From Eledone cirrhosa (taxonomy: Eukaryota): DNA of 64,000 nucleotides. The notes beneath the pieces are model-generated. The model was not told the DNA's origin and ran no database searches. It worked only from the letters and a program-made list of their open reading frames with translations. Location of the stretch: the NCBI GenBank assembly GCA_964016885.1, contig OZ024754.1, positions 25,420,001-25,484,000 on the forward strand, read 5' to 3'. Positions 32,588 to 45,922 of this stretch are shown here, one piece after another (the stretch's first letter is position 1; every line of letters begins with the position of its first letter). Both the position numbers and the translations under genes were made by a program.

Positions 32588-33516
32588 AATATATAAATGA
32601 AAAGTATAGAAATTGTTGTAGCGAGAAGCTAACAGTATTCCATAACATATATGTGACTATAGCGTCAAAATGGGAAAATAGTTAACATAAGATATGCGAA
32701 AAATAATTCAGACTCAATTCAAAAGTAATCAGGATATAGATTTAGCCAACAGAATTTAGAGAAATCCAGGGAAAAATCAATAGAGCCTTAAGTCATGATG
32801 AAACAAAATCTAAAGTACACAACCTTCAATTTGGGACAACTTCAAATGCCCTGTATAGTCTTGAAAAGACTATTTCACGAAAACTTTCAGTGAAGATGGT
32901 CACGGTTGGATTTCGTTCGTCAGCAGAGTTAAACATGCTAACCAAGGTCTCACTGCTAATATGCCAAAACGGGAATTTAAAAGCAGGTCAGTTTAACAAC
33001 ATGCGTGCTTATTAAAATAAACGCACATGTGGAAAAACAGGGCTGGTGACGTCAGAACGAGACAAATGTTTGTTTACATGAAACAACAGTCAAAAACATT
33101 CCGAAAGAAAACTCTACAAAAGGAGTTCAGCAAAAACAATATCATCGCGGTCTTTTGCCAAAAAAAATACCAGGATTAGTCACAAATAATTTAAGCACTC
33201 TAAGAAATAAATCCGAGTATATATATATAAATGAAAAGTATAGAAATTGTTGTAGCGAGAAGCTAACAGTATTCCATAACATATATGTGGCTATAGCGTC
33301 AAAATGGGAAAATAGTTAACATAAGATATGGGAAAAATAATTCAGACTCAATTCAAAAGGAATCATGATAGAGATTTATCCAACAAAATTTAGAGAAATC
33401 CAGGGAAAAAATCAATAGAGCCTTAACTCATGATAAAACAAAGTCTAAAGTACTCAACCTTCAATTTGGAACAACTTCAAATGCTCTGTATAGTCTTGAA
33501 AAGACTATTTCACGAA

Positions 33517-33517
<1 letters not shown>
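32585..33517 (-). mobile_element. Non-coding HHR element with ~300-bp direct repeats (retrozyme or pLTR partial tandem)
   Basis: 32585-32883 is repeated at 33222-33517. No ORF is present and both sides are (TA)n. Confidence 0.75.
32849..32928 (-). ncRNA. Type I hammerhead ribozyme (family C)
   Basis: CTCTG CTGACGA ACGAAA...TTTCGT GAAA TAGTCTT-TTC-AAGACTA TA CAGGG, with an AUA triplet. Confidence 0.8.
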
Positions 33518-33599
<82 letters not shown>

Positions 33600-33604
<5 letters not shown>

Positions 33605-35161
33605 TTATTAAAATAACAGATTAAAGTTTAAGCAAAGAATCGCTGCTTTCACCCTTAACGGGATCTTCTGAAACTAACAAAGTCAATCTGTAAACGCAGA
33701 ACTGGATATTTCAAAAAACGTTGCAACCGGAGGAAGACAGGAAGACGATACTTTGGTTCGTGGAAACTTTCGCTGGCAAAGAACGGGGAAAAACGAATAA
33801 TACGTCATTAATAGGAGCGGTGAAAAACTATTACGCGCAAAGACAGAACCACGTTTATGGTATAAAAGAGGTCGTAGACTAATGTTCTCTTAGGTGGTGC
33901 ATAGAGACGTTCTCTGGCAATGAACGAAAAAACGAAGATAATAAGTCATATGTGGAGCGTGGAGAACAATAGCACGCAAAGACAAAACCACGTAAATGGT
34001 ATAGCAGAAGTTGTAGACTAAAATTCTAACTAGGAGACCAAATGAATCTCCGCTACAGAGTTAAGAACAAAGTAAATAAATACAATACAGAAGTAATAGA
34101 AACAAATAAATACATACACGCAAACAGATACGTACATACACAAGCATACGCAAAACCTTACCATAGGTATACAAAACCACGCACATATAAATATGTGTGT
34201 GTGTGTATGCTTGTGTACAAATAAATAAATAATTATATAAACGTAAATAAGTAAAGAAATACGTATATAACAAGCGCACACACATACCTACAAATAAATA
34301 CACGAATGTTCGGAGACGTAAGTCAACTAAAACAAGAAGTACACATATACACACACCCTACATACGTACGAACCTGCATATTCACGCAGACGCAAAACTC
34401 CCGTATACACATAGCCAAACCCTAAATACCAGAATATGTAAAAATTATACGCCATAACAGTCAAATATACGTACGAGAAGGTATACATACCTTCACAAAA
34501 CATACGGGTAATATATACTTACCTATGCAAATAAGTAAAGGAATAAACAAAACATATACTTAGCTCCCACATCAAGACGTAAAATATCCACGTATAGATC
34601 GTGCTATCCGTTAGGGTATAACGTGGGGCTGTAATACAGGAAAGTTTTGTGCAATTTATGTTTACAAGCCGAAATTGCCTCAGATTTTTTGTTTAAGATG
34701 TGGTCTGTGGCGTAGAGTATTTCCAGGGCCTCAGCGGCGCAAAGGTCACATGGTCTTTTATTTCCGTTATACGATCTAGCCCTAGCTAGGATCTCCCAGT
34801 GTAACTTATATTGGGTGTGGTTGTCTTTTAGACTCCAGATATAAGCTGAAAGTGACGTCATATTCCTTCTTAGAGGGTAACGAAAAGAATGGGTATGCAT
34901 GTAAAGACGCTGCTTGAAACTATTGGCGGTTAACCCTATGTAGGCCCTACGGGACGTGGGTGTTACAACCTTACATTTGTAGACAATGTTACTAGAGAGG
35001 CATTTCCCGGATAGGGGGCAATCAGCCCGATTCCTACAATTACAGTTAGTACTAACTACAGGGTTGCACGTATTCCTACGGCTAGGTAGTTTAGCTAAAT
35101 TTGAAGCTGTGATGTTATGTGCAAGGTTAGGAGTCGTAGAGTAAGAAATTTTAATAGTATT
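33600..35161 (-). mobile_element. Naiad-type PLE family D, 5'-truncated (GIY-YIG fragment 34604-35160)
   Basis: KISYSTTPN...CNCRNRADCPLSGKC...IVYKC...AYIGLT...CDLCAAE...ILNKKSE, followed by a 3' UTR and an HHR. Confidence 0.88.
33625..33675 (-). ncRNA. Hammerhead-like motif, U4A core variant (family D)
   Basis: AGTTT CAGAAGA T-CCC-GTTAA-GGG-T GAAA GCA...TGC TT AAACT. Confidence 0.6.
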
Positions 35162-37852
35162 TCAATTAAAATTTTACTATATTTATGTGTAGGGGGAAAA
35201 TGCTGTAACCCTAGTCTTGATAGTGGGATATTAGATAATGGTAGAGTCGGTAACGATAAAAATAGAATGAGACTAAATACGTATTTTAACCCGCCATATA
35301 ATCAGGAAGTATTAACTAATATCCCTAGGTCTTTCTTTTCTATCTTAGAGAAAAATTCCCCCCTTCTCATAAATACCATAGTATTTTTAATAAAAATGTT
35401 ATTAAACTTTCATTCTCTACCACCCCTAATATTAGTTCTCATTTAGCTAGCACTAACAATAGGAAAATTAGGGATGGATTCTCCTCTCTACATACTACTA
35501 GTCTGAATAGATCTGGAAATGCCTTACCACCAGAACAGACCTTATCTAATAGCAATCCTACGTGTAATGCATCACTACTTCATCCAACCAATAGCACCCG
35601 GAAGTGTAACTGTAGAGTGAGTGCTAACTGCCCTTTAAACGGTAACTGCCTCCTCATTGTCCATGCTTCCTCTAATAGAACTTATATAGGCTCTACATCT
35701 AACACTTTTAAGACTAGGTTTAATTCTCATATCTCTAATTTCAAACATGTTAAGTTTAAGAATTCTACTTCTTTAGCACACTATATCTGGGATCTTAAGG
35801 GGGGCTAATATACCATATAGCCTTAATTGGCGCTTAGTAGCACGCTCTAATAACCTTTCTACACATACTAAATTTTTTAATCTCTGTATCCTCGAGACAC
35901 ACTCTATAATTTTCTCTAGCGAATCCTTACTTAATAGAAAGTCTGAGATATTCTCTTCTTGCCCCCCCCCCCACGCTATTTCTAATTCTTACTTTTATTA
36001 TAAACCTAAAGGTTCTAGTAGTATAAATTGTATCCATTAGCTGATATATTCCATTACTTATTTTTTAGTTTAGGTTCTTTTTGTTTACCACCATTATTAT
36101 CATCATTATTATCATTGGTTTTTGACAACTCTTTATTCTAGCTCTCATAATCTTTTGGCTACTATACCATATCTATCTTCTTACGCATTAAATTTTCACT
36201 ATTAACACCTCATGAGTATATATCTGATTATATATTTTACATTATTTTATTTTATTTCATTTTATTTTATTTTATTTTATTTGGATTCTTCTTTGGATAA
36301 CCCCCCCCCCCCCCACTTCCCCCCTCTCCCCCCATGCGCACATAAACTTATTGTCAACCCCTTCAAATAGATTATGATTATATTTAATCCCCCCGTCTTT
36401 TACGCTCCTTTCTATTATTTAATATAGTATATCGACTATGATTTTATGCTCCTTTGTATCCTCCATACATTTCTTTTTTTATGTCCCTATTAACCTACCA
36501 TAATTCTGCTTAGGTCAGTTTTTTTAGATATCGTTATGTAAATGATAGTAGAAAATTTCATTCCTTTATATATATATTTTTGTAGTGAAATATTAACGTT
36601 TATAAATTTTGATTACTTAAACCATAGCTAATATTGTATTGCCTTATTAGATATTTTAAATATTTTTAATATTAATTAATCAAATAGGGTTTTCGATTCA
36701 TTTACCGGGGTTGTTTCCTAAGTTTTTACTTAACTGCATGTGAGACCTAAGTATATACTTTTGTTTTTGTTTTTTTAATTTCCGGTTGATTGTATTTATT
36801 TATTTATTTATTAATATTAATATTACTGTGCATTCTATTTATTGTCTGGCCCTTACTCACTCATCCACATATATGTCTGTTTACCAACCTTGTAATTATA
36901 AGTAATTATATATTATATTATGTTAATTATTTTATATTGTATTGGTTATTGTACTATCGATCCTTATTATTTACCGTTGATTATATGTACCATTATGATA
37001 TGTTAAATTTTATTTATCATGTAAGATGTTTATATTTTTGTACCATCATAATTTTGGGTATTGTACAATTTATATTTTTTCTCACCTACTCTGTAACTCT
37101 ATATGAATTGATTTGTTAACTTGCATGCCATTATATATTATATATTACATATGTTATTATATTATTATTATAGTATTATTGTGATATCTATATTGTTTGT
37201 GTAAATTAACCGGAGATTATCTATTATATTATATTATATAGTATATAATTGTATAGTTTATTATATATTATATGTGCTACTTATAATCATATCATATTAT
37301 TACCTCATGTATATTAGATATACGTATTATTATTATTATTATTATTTTTATTCCTATCATGCTTATTTATATTTAAACTCTTAATAAGGTTTAATTTGTG
37401 CTGTTAAAGATTGATATGTGTATTGATGTATGTGTATATGTGCGTACGTGTGCGTACATATATACATATGTATATTGTACCTTTTAATTTTTATTGTAAT
37501 TTTAATATTGTTACAAGTATATTATATTATTATATTATATTATATAGTATTATATATAATTCCCGCTCTATATAACCACCTTGGTTTAGCTCTACGTTTT
37601 TTTGCTTTGGACTATATTTGTAATATGGTTCTAAATGTTATACACCCCCTTAGTGATTTTTATTATATATTTTTACCCATAATCTTGCAATACTTTAGTG
37701 TATGTACACTCCATATTCTTCGGAGTGTTTGGCTTGTATTGGCCGATAATACTTCTTGTTGTTTTAATTGCCCTGATGAGTCCTTAATAGGACGAAACAT
37801 TGTTGGCTAATAAAGACTTTTGATGTATTGAAGGCTTCTTTGTTTTACTTTC

Positions 37853-37855
<3 letters not shown>
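35162..37855 (+). mobile_element. Degenerate Naiad-type PLE family E, 5'-truncated
   Basis: YFNPPYNQEVLTNIPRSFFSILEKN, CNCRVSANCPLNGNC and TYIGSTSNTFKTRFNSH are split by frameshifts. An AT-rich 3' UTR, an HHR and (TA)n follow. Confidence 0.85.
37768..37810 (+). ncRNA. Minimal hammerhead ribozyme (family E)
   Basis: GCC CTGATGA GTCC-TTAATA-GGAC GAAA CATTGTT GGC, followed by AATAAA. Confidence 0.8.
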
Positions 37856-37942
<87 letters not shown>

Positions 37943-37944
37943 AA

Positions 37945-37977
<33 letters not shown>

Positions 37978-38180
37978 GTTTGTATATGTATAATAAAGCC
38001 TTAACAATGCAGGTATGGACATAGAATAAAGAATGCAAATGCAAAAGATATTGTTGACAATTAGTCTTTTGCATTTGCATTCTTTATTCTATGTCCATAC
38101 CTGCATTGTTTTGGCTTTATTATACATATACAAACGTTTATACCTCATTACACAACGCTTCAAGTGAACTATAACCTCCT

Positions 38181-38183
<3 letters not shown>
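37978..38183. repeat. Fold-back element with ~70-bp inverted arms; second copy in opposite orientation at 55868-56073
   Basis: GTTTGTATATGTATAATAAAGCC...GCAAAAGA pairs with TCTTTTGC...GGCTTTATTATACATATACAAAC. Confidence 0.88.
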
Positions 38184-38270
<87 letters not shown>

Positions 38271-38317
38271 TATATGTATATATATACATATATATACATA
38301 TATATACATATATATAC

Positions 38318-38490
<173 letters not shown>

Positions 38491-38582
38491 TAACAACCCA
38501 ACCAGGAACTGGGCATATCTGAGTATTGACAAAATTATACACCTCAATAACATATGTACTTGTCTATACCACACTAATTCAG

Positions 38583-38637
38583 ACTGCCTGAAGAGGTCAC
38601 AGCCAAAGATGGCTGTCACTGAAATATATATAGCAGT
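38583..38637 (+). ncRNA. Hammerhead ribozyme with (AT)4 stem III (family F)
   Basis: ACTGC CTGAAGA GGTCACAGCCA-AAGA-TGGCTGTCACT GAAA TATATATA GCAGT, followed by AATAAA. Confidence 0.85.
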
Positions 38638-38673
38638 AATAAACGAAGCTAAATTTTAAACATAAGGTAATTA

Positions 38674-38733
38674 TTCCATTTACCAGTGGTTTCTTAAAAG
38701 CAAAGAATTTTGTTTTCAATCATCAGAATGAAA
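38674..38733 (-). ncRNA. Hammerhead ribozyme (family L), left arm of an inverted pair
   Basis: Reverse complement of 38786-38845. Confidence 0.82.
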
Positions 38734-38785
38734 AAATCCTGTAGGGGGATGCCTTATTAAAATATCAATAAACAGACCAGGATTT

Positions 38786-38845
38786 TTTCATTCTGATGAT
38801 TGAAAGCAAAATTCTTTGCTTTTAAGAAACCACTGGTAAATGGAA
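38786..38845 (+). ncRNA. Hammerhead ribozyme (family L), right arm of an inverted pair
   Basis: TTTCATT CTGATGA TTGAAAGCAAA-ATTC-TTTGCTTTTAA GAAA CCACTGGTA AATGGAA. Confidence 0.85.
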
Positions 38846-38874
38846 TAATTACCTTATGTTGTTTATTACATAAC

Positions 38875-38951
<77 letters not shown>

Positions 38952-38958
38952 GTATATA

Positions 38959-39033
<75 letters not shown>

Positions 39034-39058
39034 ATATATATATATGTATATATATCTA

Positions 39059-39142
<84 letters not shown>

Positions 39143-39144
39143 TG

Positions 39145-39177
<33 letters not shown>

Positions 39178-39186
39178 GTGTATATG

Positions 39187-39218
<32 letters not shown>

Positions 39219-39255
39219 CATCTATATACATAAATATATATATACATATATATAC

Positions 39256-39292
<37 letters not shown>

Positions 39293-39304
39293 CATATATA
39301 TATT

Positions 39305-39362
<58 letters not shown>

Positions 39363-39395
39363 CATATATACATATACATATATATATACATATAG

Positions 39396-39504
<109 letters not shown>

Positions 39505-39547
39505 TATATACATATATATATATAGATAAATATGTATATATATCTAC

Positions 39548-39634
<87 letters not shown>

Positions 39635-40007
39635 CATATATATATACATATATATATATATATACATATATATATATGTAGATAAATCTACCAAGAGTTT
39701 ACGGTAGTGTCCAATCCGTATGAAGAACTCAATGTATTCCGGATATCATGGAAAGAAGAGATGTAATGAAAAATCACTTTCGGTGAAAGATAAACGGTAT
39801 ACAGAGTCAAGATAAAATATTAAACAAATAATGAATAAACAATTCCTTATATTAAACAAAAAAAGTTCATTATTTAACGATCGTTTCTAGGATATATATG
39901 TGTTAGAATTGGCATGCATATTTAACAGATCTATGTACAAAATTATACAAAATTATACAAATTATCAAGATTAAATATACATACCAACACATATATACGC
40001 CGTCTTC

Positions 40008-42092
40008 TTGTATCATATGGATATTGAACATTATACCGAGTTCATATATAAAGAACTCAGAAAAAATTATAAAAAATCTAATAATGTGTCACTCACCAAC
40101 ATCAACAACAAAACACACAACATAGTAAAAAAACTAAACATTGAAGATAGAACTGAACCTTTGGCATTGAAAAGACCACACTTCAACCTGAAAGATCACA
40201 AATCTAACTTTAACTCAAATCCTTCTATTAGACTTATATGTCCCTCCAAATCAGATATTGGAATAATTAGCAAAAAAATTTTAGATAGAGTCATCCCACA
40301 AATAAGAAAACACGTTATTTTACCACTCTGGGAAAACACCTCCCAGGTAATTAACTGGTTTAAAAATATTAGGTGTAAATCTTCTGCTTCATTCCTACAA
40401 TTTGATATAGATAATTACTATTCTTCTATATCACCTATACTCCTGAACAAAGCATTGATATTTGCTAAAAATAGATCTAACTTAACTTTGGATGACATTA
40501 ATATTATTACACATGCTAGACTAACACTTATTGAATTTCAGAATGAATACTGGACCAGAAATACATATAGTAATCTTTTTGATATTACTATGGGTTCAAG
40601 CGATTCCGCCCAAATTACTGATCTTGTGGGCCTCTTTCTCCTTTTCAACATAAATGCCTCTTTTCCCCACCTCAAAGGTGGTTTATATCGTGATGACTGT
40701 CTTCTTCTTTCTAACAACCTTAGCCTTTCAGAAATTGAAAAAAACAAAAAACATATTAGAACTTTCCTTAAAGACTATTATAATCTTAATATTACTTTTG
40801 AAAAAACAAGTAAAGTAGTAAATTTCCTAGATATAACTTTAGATTTAGCTACGGGTATCTACCAACCTTACCATAAACCTAACCAAAACTTACATTACAT
40901 ACACTCACAATCTAATCACCCTAAATCTATCCTTAAAAACCTTGCATATAATATATCACTTAGAATTTCTAACCTTTCTTCTAACCAAGATGTATTTGAT
41001 AAAAATGCGACCTTCTATAACGAAGCTCTAGATAGAAGTGGCCACAAAAATAAATTAGAGTATATACCTTCTACTAAAAACACTGAAAGCATACAACATA
41101 ATATTACCAACAAACACCAAATGAAAAGTACACACCTAAATGCCACCCACACTATACCCCAAAATACCAAATCTTCTAATATAAAGTATAGTAACTCTCA
41201 AAAAACTACTCATCATACAACTCTAATAAATATTAATAATAAAACTCCTAATAAAAAGGATAAAACACCTAAATCTACAAATATAACTAAAAATAGTTGT
41301 GGTGAGATCATTAACATTAATCCTCCTAGTAAAAATCACGATACAACCTATAAAAATAATAAAAATAATAAACAACATAGAAACCGTAATAGACGGGTTA
41401 CTTGGTATAATGCTCCTTTTAATTTACAAGTTAAGGATAATATTGCTAAAAAATTTTTTTATATCCTTGAGAAAAACTTCCCGCCAAACCACAAATACCA
41501 TCAAATCTTAAATAGGTCTACAGTTAAATTCTCATACTCTACAACAAATAACATAAAACAAAATATAAGTGCCTATAATGCATATAAATGTAAGAAAACC
41601 ATAAGTATACCACCAGTACATCAAATTAACCATAATATCTCCTCAAATACAGAATTAACGAAAGGATGTAACTGTAGAAACAAAGCAAACTGCCCATTAA
41701 AAGGGAATTGTCTTGTTAACAACATAGTCTATAAATGTAATGTTAAAACTAAAGATTCTATTTGCTCATATATAGGAGCTACCTCTAACAATTTTAAGAC
41801 AAGGTTTAATACCCACAAGCATAGTTTTAAAAATGCCGCACTGGCTAATACAACATCTCTAGCAGAAAAAATCAATAGTTATAAAAATAAGAATATAGAA
41901 TATGATTTGACCTGGAGTGTGCTCAAAAGAGCCACCCCTTATCAAAATAATAGAAATGAATGTAGATTATGTTCCCAAGAACTATTTGAAATAATGAAGT
42001 CTAAGGATATCTTATTAAATAAACGACAGGAATTAATTATATCGTGTAATCATAAACTAAAAAAAACATTTAAATATTATAAACCTAATTAA
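40008..42092 (+). CDS. PLE reverse transcriptase + GIY-YIG endonuclease (5'-truncated, frame open)
   Basis: LKDHK, IRLICPSKS, QFDIDNYY, FDITMGSSDSA, YRDD, VNFLDITLDL, CxCx5C, IVYKC...YIG and CRLC motifs. The start abuts the inverted pLTR, so the true N-terminus is missing. Confidence 0.93.
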   Translation: MYHMDIEHYTEFIYKELRKNYKKSNNVSLTNINNKTHNIVKKLNIEDRTEPLALKRPHFNLKDHKSNFNSNPSIRLICPSKSDIGIISKKILDRVIPQIRKHVILPLWENTSQVINWFKNIRCKSSASFLQFDIDNYYSSISPILLNKALIFAKNRSNLTLDDINIITHARLTLIEFQNEYWTRNTYSNLFDITMGSSDSAQITDLVGLFLLFNINASFPHLKGGLYRDDCLLLSNNLSLSEIEKNKKHIRTFLKDYYNLNITFEKTSKVVNFLDITLDLATGIYQPYHKPNQNLHYIHSQSNHPKSILKNLAYNISLRISNLSSNQDVFDKNATFYNEALDRSGHKNKLEYIPSTKNTESIQHNITNKHQMKSTHLNATHTIPQNTKSSNIKYSNSQKTTHHTTLININNKTPNKKDKTPKSTNITKNSCGEIININPPSKNHDTTYKNNKNNKQHRNRNRRVTWYNAPFNLQVKDNIAKKFFYILEKNFPPNHKYHQILNRSTVKFSYSTTNNIKQNISAYNAYKCKKTISIPPVHQINHNISSNTELTKGCNCRNKANCPLKGNCLVNNIVYKCNVKTKDSICSYIGATSNNFKTRFNTHKHSFKNAALANTTSLAEKINSYKNKNIEYDLTWSVLKRATPYQNNRNECRLCSQELFEIMKSKDILLNKRQELIISCNHKLKKTFKYYKPN

Positions 42093-43742
42093 TAACATTA
42101 TTTTAGAAATTAATTTAATTTAAATGTTAGTTAACCTATAAATTTAATTTAATTAAAATTTTATTACAGATGAGAATATAAAATATTATGTAATCATAAA
42201 TTGTGAAAAACCTTTAAATATTACTAATATATACTTAGTAATTTAATTTATAGATTAATTTTAATTTATTTAAACCTTTTATTATAATTCTTTTACAGAT
42301 AAAATATAACAAAATAATATCGTGTATCCAATGACAGAGAAATAATTTTTAGTGTTATAGACCTAATTAATATACATTTTAGAAATATATTTATAATTTG
42401 GTTTTAATTTTAATCAACCTAAAAATTTAATTTTAATTTGCTTAAAATTAGTATCCTTATACAGACGAATTGCAGAATGTCATGTAATCATAGAATGGGA
42501 TGTGTTTTGGATATATACCTAGTTAATATATTCTATGCAATTTTTTGAAAAAGATATGTATATGTATATGTGTATGTGTATGTGTGTGTGTATGTATATG
42601 TGTATATATGTATATATATATATATGTGTATATATATGTATATATGTATGTGTATGTATATGTATATGTATATGTATTAATTTTGATTTCTATTTGCATA
42701 TAATTATATTATGCTATTGATAAAATACAATATCTGTTTTATGTATTATATACCTAATTAACATATACTATAGAAATAAATATATAATTTTTAATTTAGT
42801 TAACCTATAATTTATATTCTACTACCGATGTAATATTTTATTTTATTTGTTTTTTCCCTATTACTAAATTCATTTCCTAATATTGATACCATAACGTTAT
42901 TAACTTTAATTTAGTTATACTATAATTAATACTCTACTACTATTTAACTTCAAAATTCTGCTTCAAATATTATAAACCTAACTAATTTACACCTTAGAAA
43001 TCAATATGTTAACTATCTTTGGTTTAGTTAACATATAATTAATGGTATACTTGTTTATTTTGAGATGCATAGATTTTGCCTTAGTTCTTGTTTATTGTAT
43101 TTCCTAACACTGAAACTATGTAAAAACATACATTGGATCAAGATACGGAAAATATTCTATGTTTCTTGAAACATATATTTACTATGATCCCCTTCTCCAA
43201 ACCCCCCCTTTCCCCCATACTATTATCATCTGTATTTGTAAGCGTGTATGTATGAATATATATGTAGGTAGGTGTCTATATAGGTTTGGGTATTTATATC
43301 TGAATATAAAAATACATATATGCGCATGCAAATATGAATGTAAGATTGTGTGTGTATATATGAGTGTGTGTATGTATGTATATATGTGTATATATGCATG
43401 TATATATGTATGTGTATGTGAATGTGTGTATGTATATGTGTATGTATATATATATATGTATATATATGTATGTATATGTATATATGTATATATAGAAATA
43501 TATATATATGTATATATATGTATATGTATATGTGTGTGTATGTATGTGTGTGTATGTGTGTTGTATATATATATGTATGTCTCTCTATTTATATGTCTAT
43601 CTTCGTATCTATGTGATATATGTGTGTGTGTGTGCATGTATGCACATATATGTGTTTATGTGTATATATGTGTATGTGTGTATATATGTGTGTGTGCACA
43701 CACATATATATGTGAGTGTGTATATGTGTCTGTGTATATGTA

Positions 43743-43784
<42 letters not shown>

Positions 43785-43868
43785 TGTCTATGTGTGAATA
43801 TATGTCTATATTCGTATGTGTGTATATATGTATGTATATGTTTATATGTATATATATATATATATATG

Positions 43869-43909
<41 letters not shown>

Positions 43910-44164
43910 TTTTATTATTATAATATAACTTATGTGTATGTGTGTATATGTGAGGTTGTGTATGTGTATACAATATGTGTATATATAAGTGTAAAAAAAT
44001 ATATATATATGTGCATGTCTGTTTTTTATGTGTGTGTATATATATATATATATACGTGTGTATATATATATGTATATGTGGGTGTTTGTATGTGTATTTA
44101 TGGTGGTATGTGTGTGTGGGTTTCTCTCTATATATATATATATATATGAATGTATGTGTGTATG

Positions 44165-44213
<49 letters not shown>

Positions 44214-44992
44214 ATATATATCTCTATTAATGCGTGTATATATGTATATACATATGCCTTTTTATTTTTATTTGTATGTCTGAGTTAGGTGAGGTTGTAG
44301 TGGTGTTTTTATGTATATACGCATATATGGATGCGTATGTATTTGTATATATGAGTATAAGTAAGTGCATATGTATGTATGATTATATATCTAATTCTAT
44401 GTATGAATATACATGTATATATATGTGTGTATGTAAGTTGTGTGTGTATGTATGTATATGTCTATGTGTATGTTCGTGTAGGTGTATGTGTGTGTATGAC
44501 TTTATATGTATGTGTGTATGTGTGTATGCGTATATATTTCTATGTGTGTGTACATGTATGTATGTGTGTGTATGTGTATGTGTGTGTATGTGTATATGTA
44601 TGTGTATATATATATATATATATATATGTTATATATATATATGTATATATATATATGTGTGTGTATATATATATATATATATATCTATATGTTTTTCTAT
44701 TTGTATATGTATGTGTGTATAGGTATATACCTTTCTCTTTGTATTTCTAAGTTGTGTGATAGTGTAGTGGTGTTTGTATGTATATACCGATATATAGATG
44801 CGTAAGTATTTGTCTGTATGTATATATGTAAGTCTGTATATATTTGTGTGTATATATAGCTATGTATGTGTATATCTGTATGTATATTAGTATGTAAATG
44901 TTGTATATGTGCATGTATGTGTGTGGTTATATATATCTGCGTCTATATAGTATGTGTGATTATATGTATATGTGTGTGTATATGTACGTGTA

Positions 44993-45038
<46 letters not shown>

Positions 45039-45248
45039 CATTTGTATGTATATGTGTATATGTATGTATGTGTGTATATGTATATGTTTATATATGTGTG
45101 TGTATGTATGTTCTTAGTGTGGATGTGTGTATATGTATGTATGTGTTTGTATATGGGTGTATATTTATGTATGTGTGTGTGTGTGTCTATGTGTATATAT
45201 ATGTATATCATATATATATGTGTGTGTGTATTTATATATATATATATG

Positions 45249-45286
<38 letters not shown>

Positions 45287-45922
45287 CTTGATATATTTCT
45301 TTTTTCTTTTTTCTTTTTTCTTTTTTCTTTCTATTCTTTCCTCTTTAATGTTTATTTATTATTTTTTATTTTTCTAGTTTATAGATACATCTATATTAGG
45401 CAGTCTGCTCAGACCGTTGAATACTGACCTCTCCCCCCCCTCCCACCTAATTTCTTTATCTTGATCTAAAAATGTGTGTGCCAGTGTTTTATGTGAGTGA
45501 ATTAATATCCATGTGCTTATGATTTTATATCCACATATATAAATGTGAGTGGGGGTGTGTGTGTGTTTGTATGTTCGTGGTTATGTGTATATTTATGCAT
45601 ATACGCGCGTGTATGTGTGATTGTACGGATATGTGTGAGTATGAAAAAATATATTTATATACTTAATTTCATACTTGTGTCAATACGCATCTTATCTGTG
45701 CATTATAAACTTACAGAGACATTAACCTTGAAATTTTGTATTTGCATCCATCCTTTTAGTATGCGTATACAAATTATACATACATTTTTGTAAAATAAGT
45801 GTAAGGGTTTTACATGTATATACACACACCGAACTGCATTTAACCCTTTGTGTTTTCATTGGTCAATTTTGTTCCCAAACGGACCTGAAATTTTGAATTG
45901 TTGTTATTATCAATAAATATAC

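Noticed and set aside
36790-37810. Hydrophobic 109- and 126-aa ORFs resembling membrane proteins
   Set aside because: They are an artefact of T/A-rich low-complexity PLE 3' UTR sequence.
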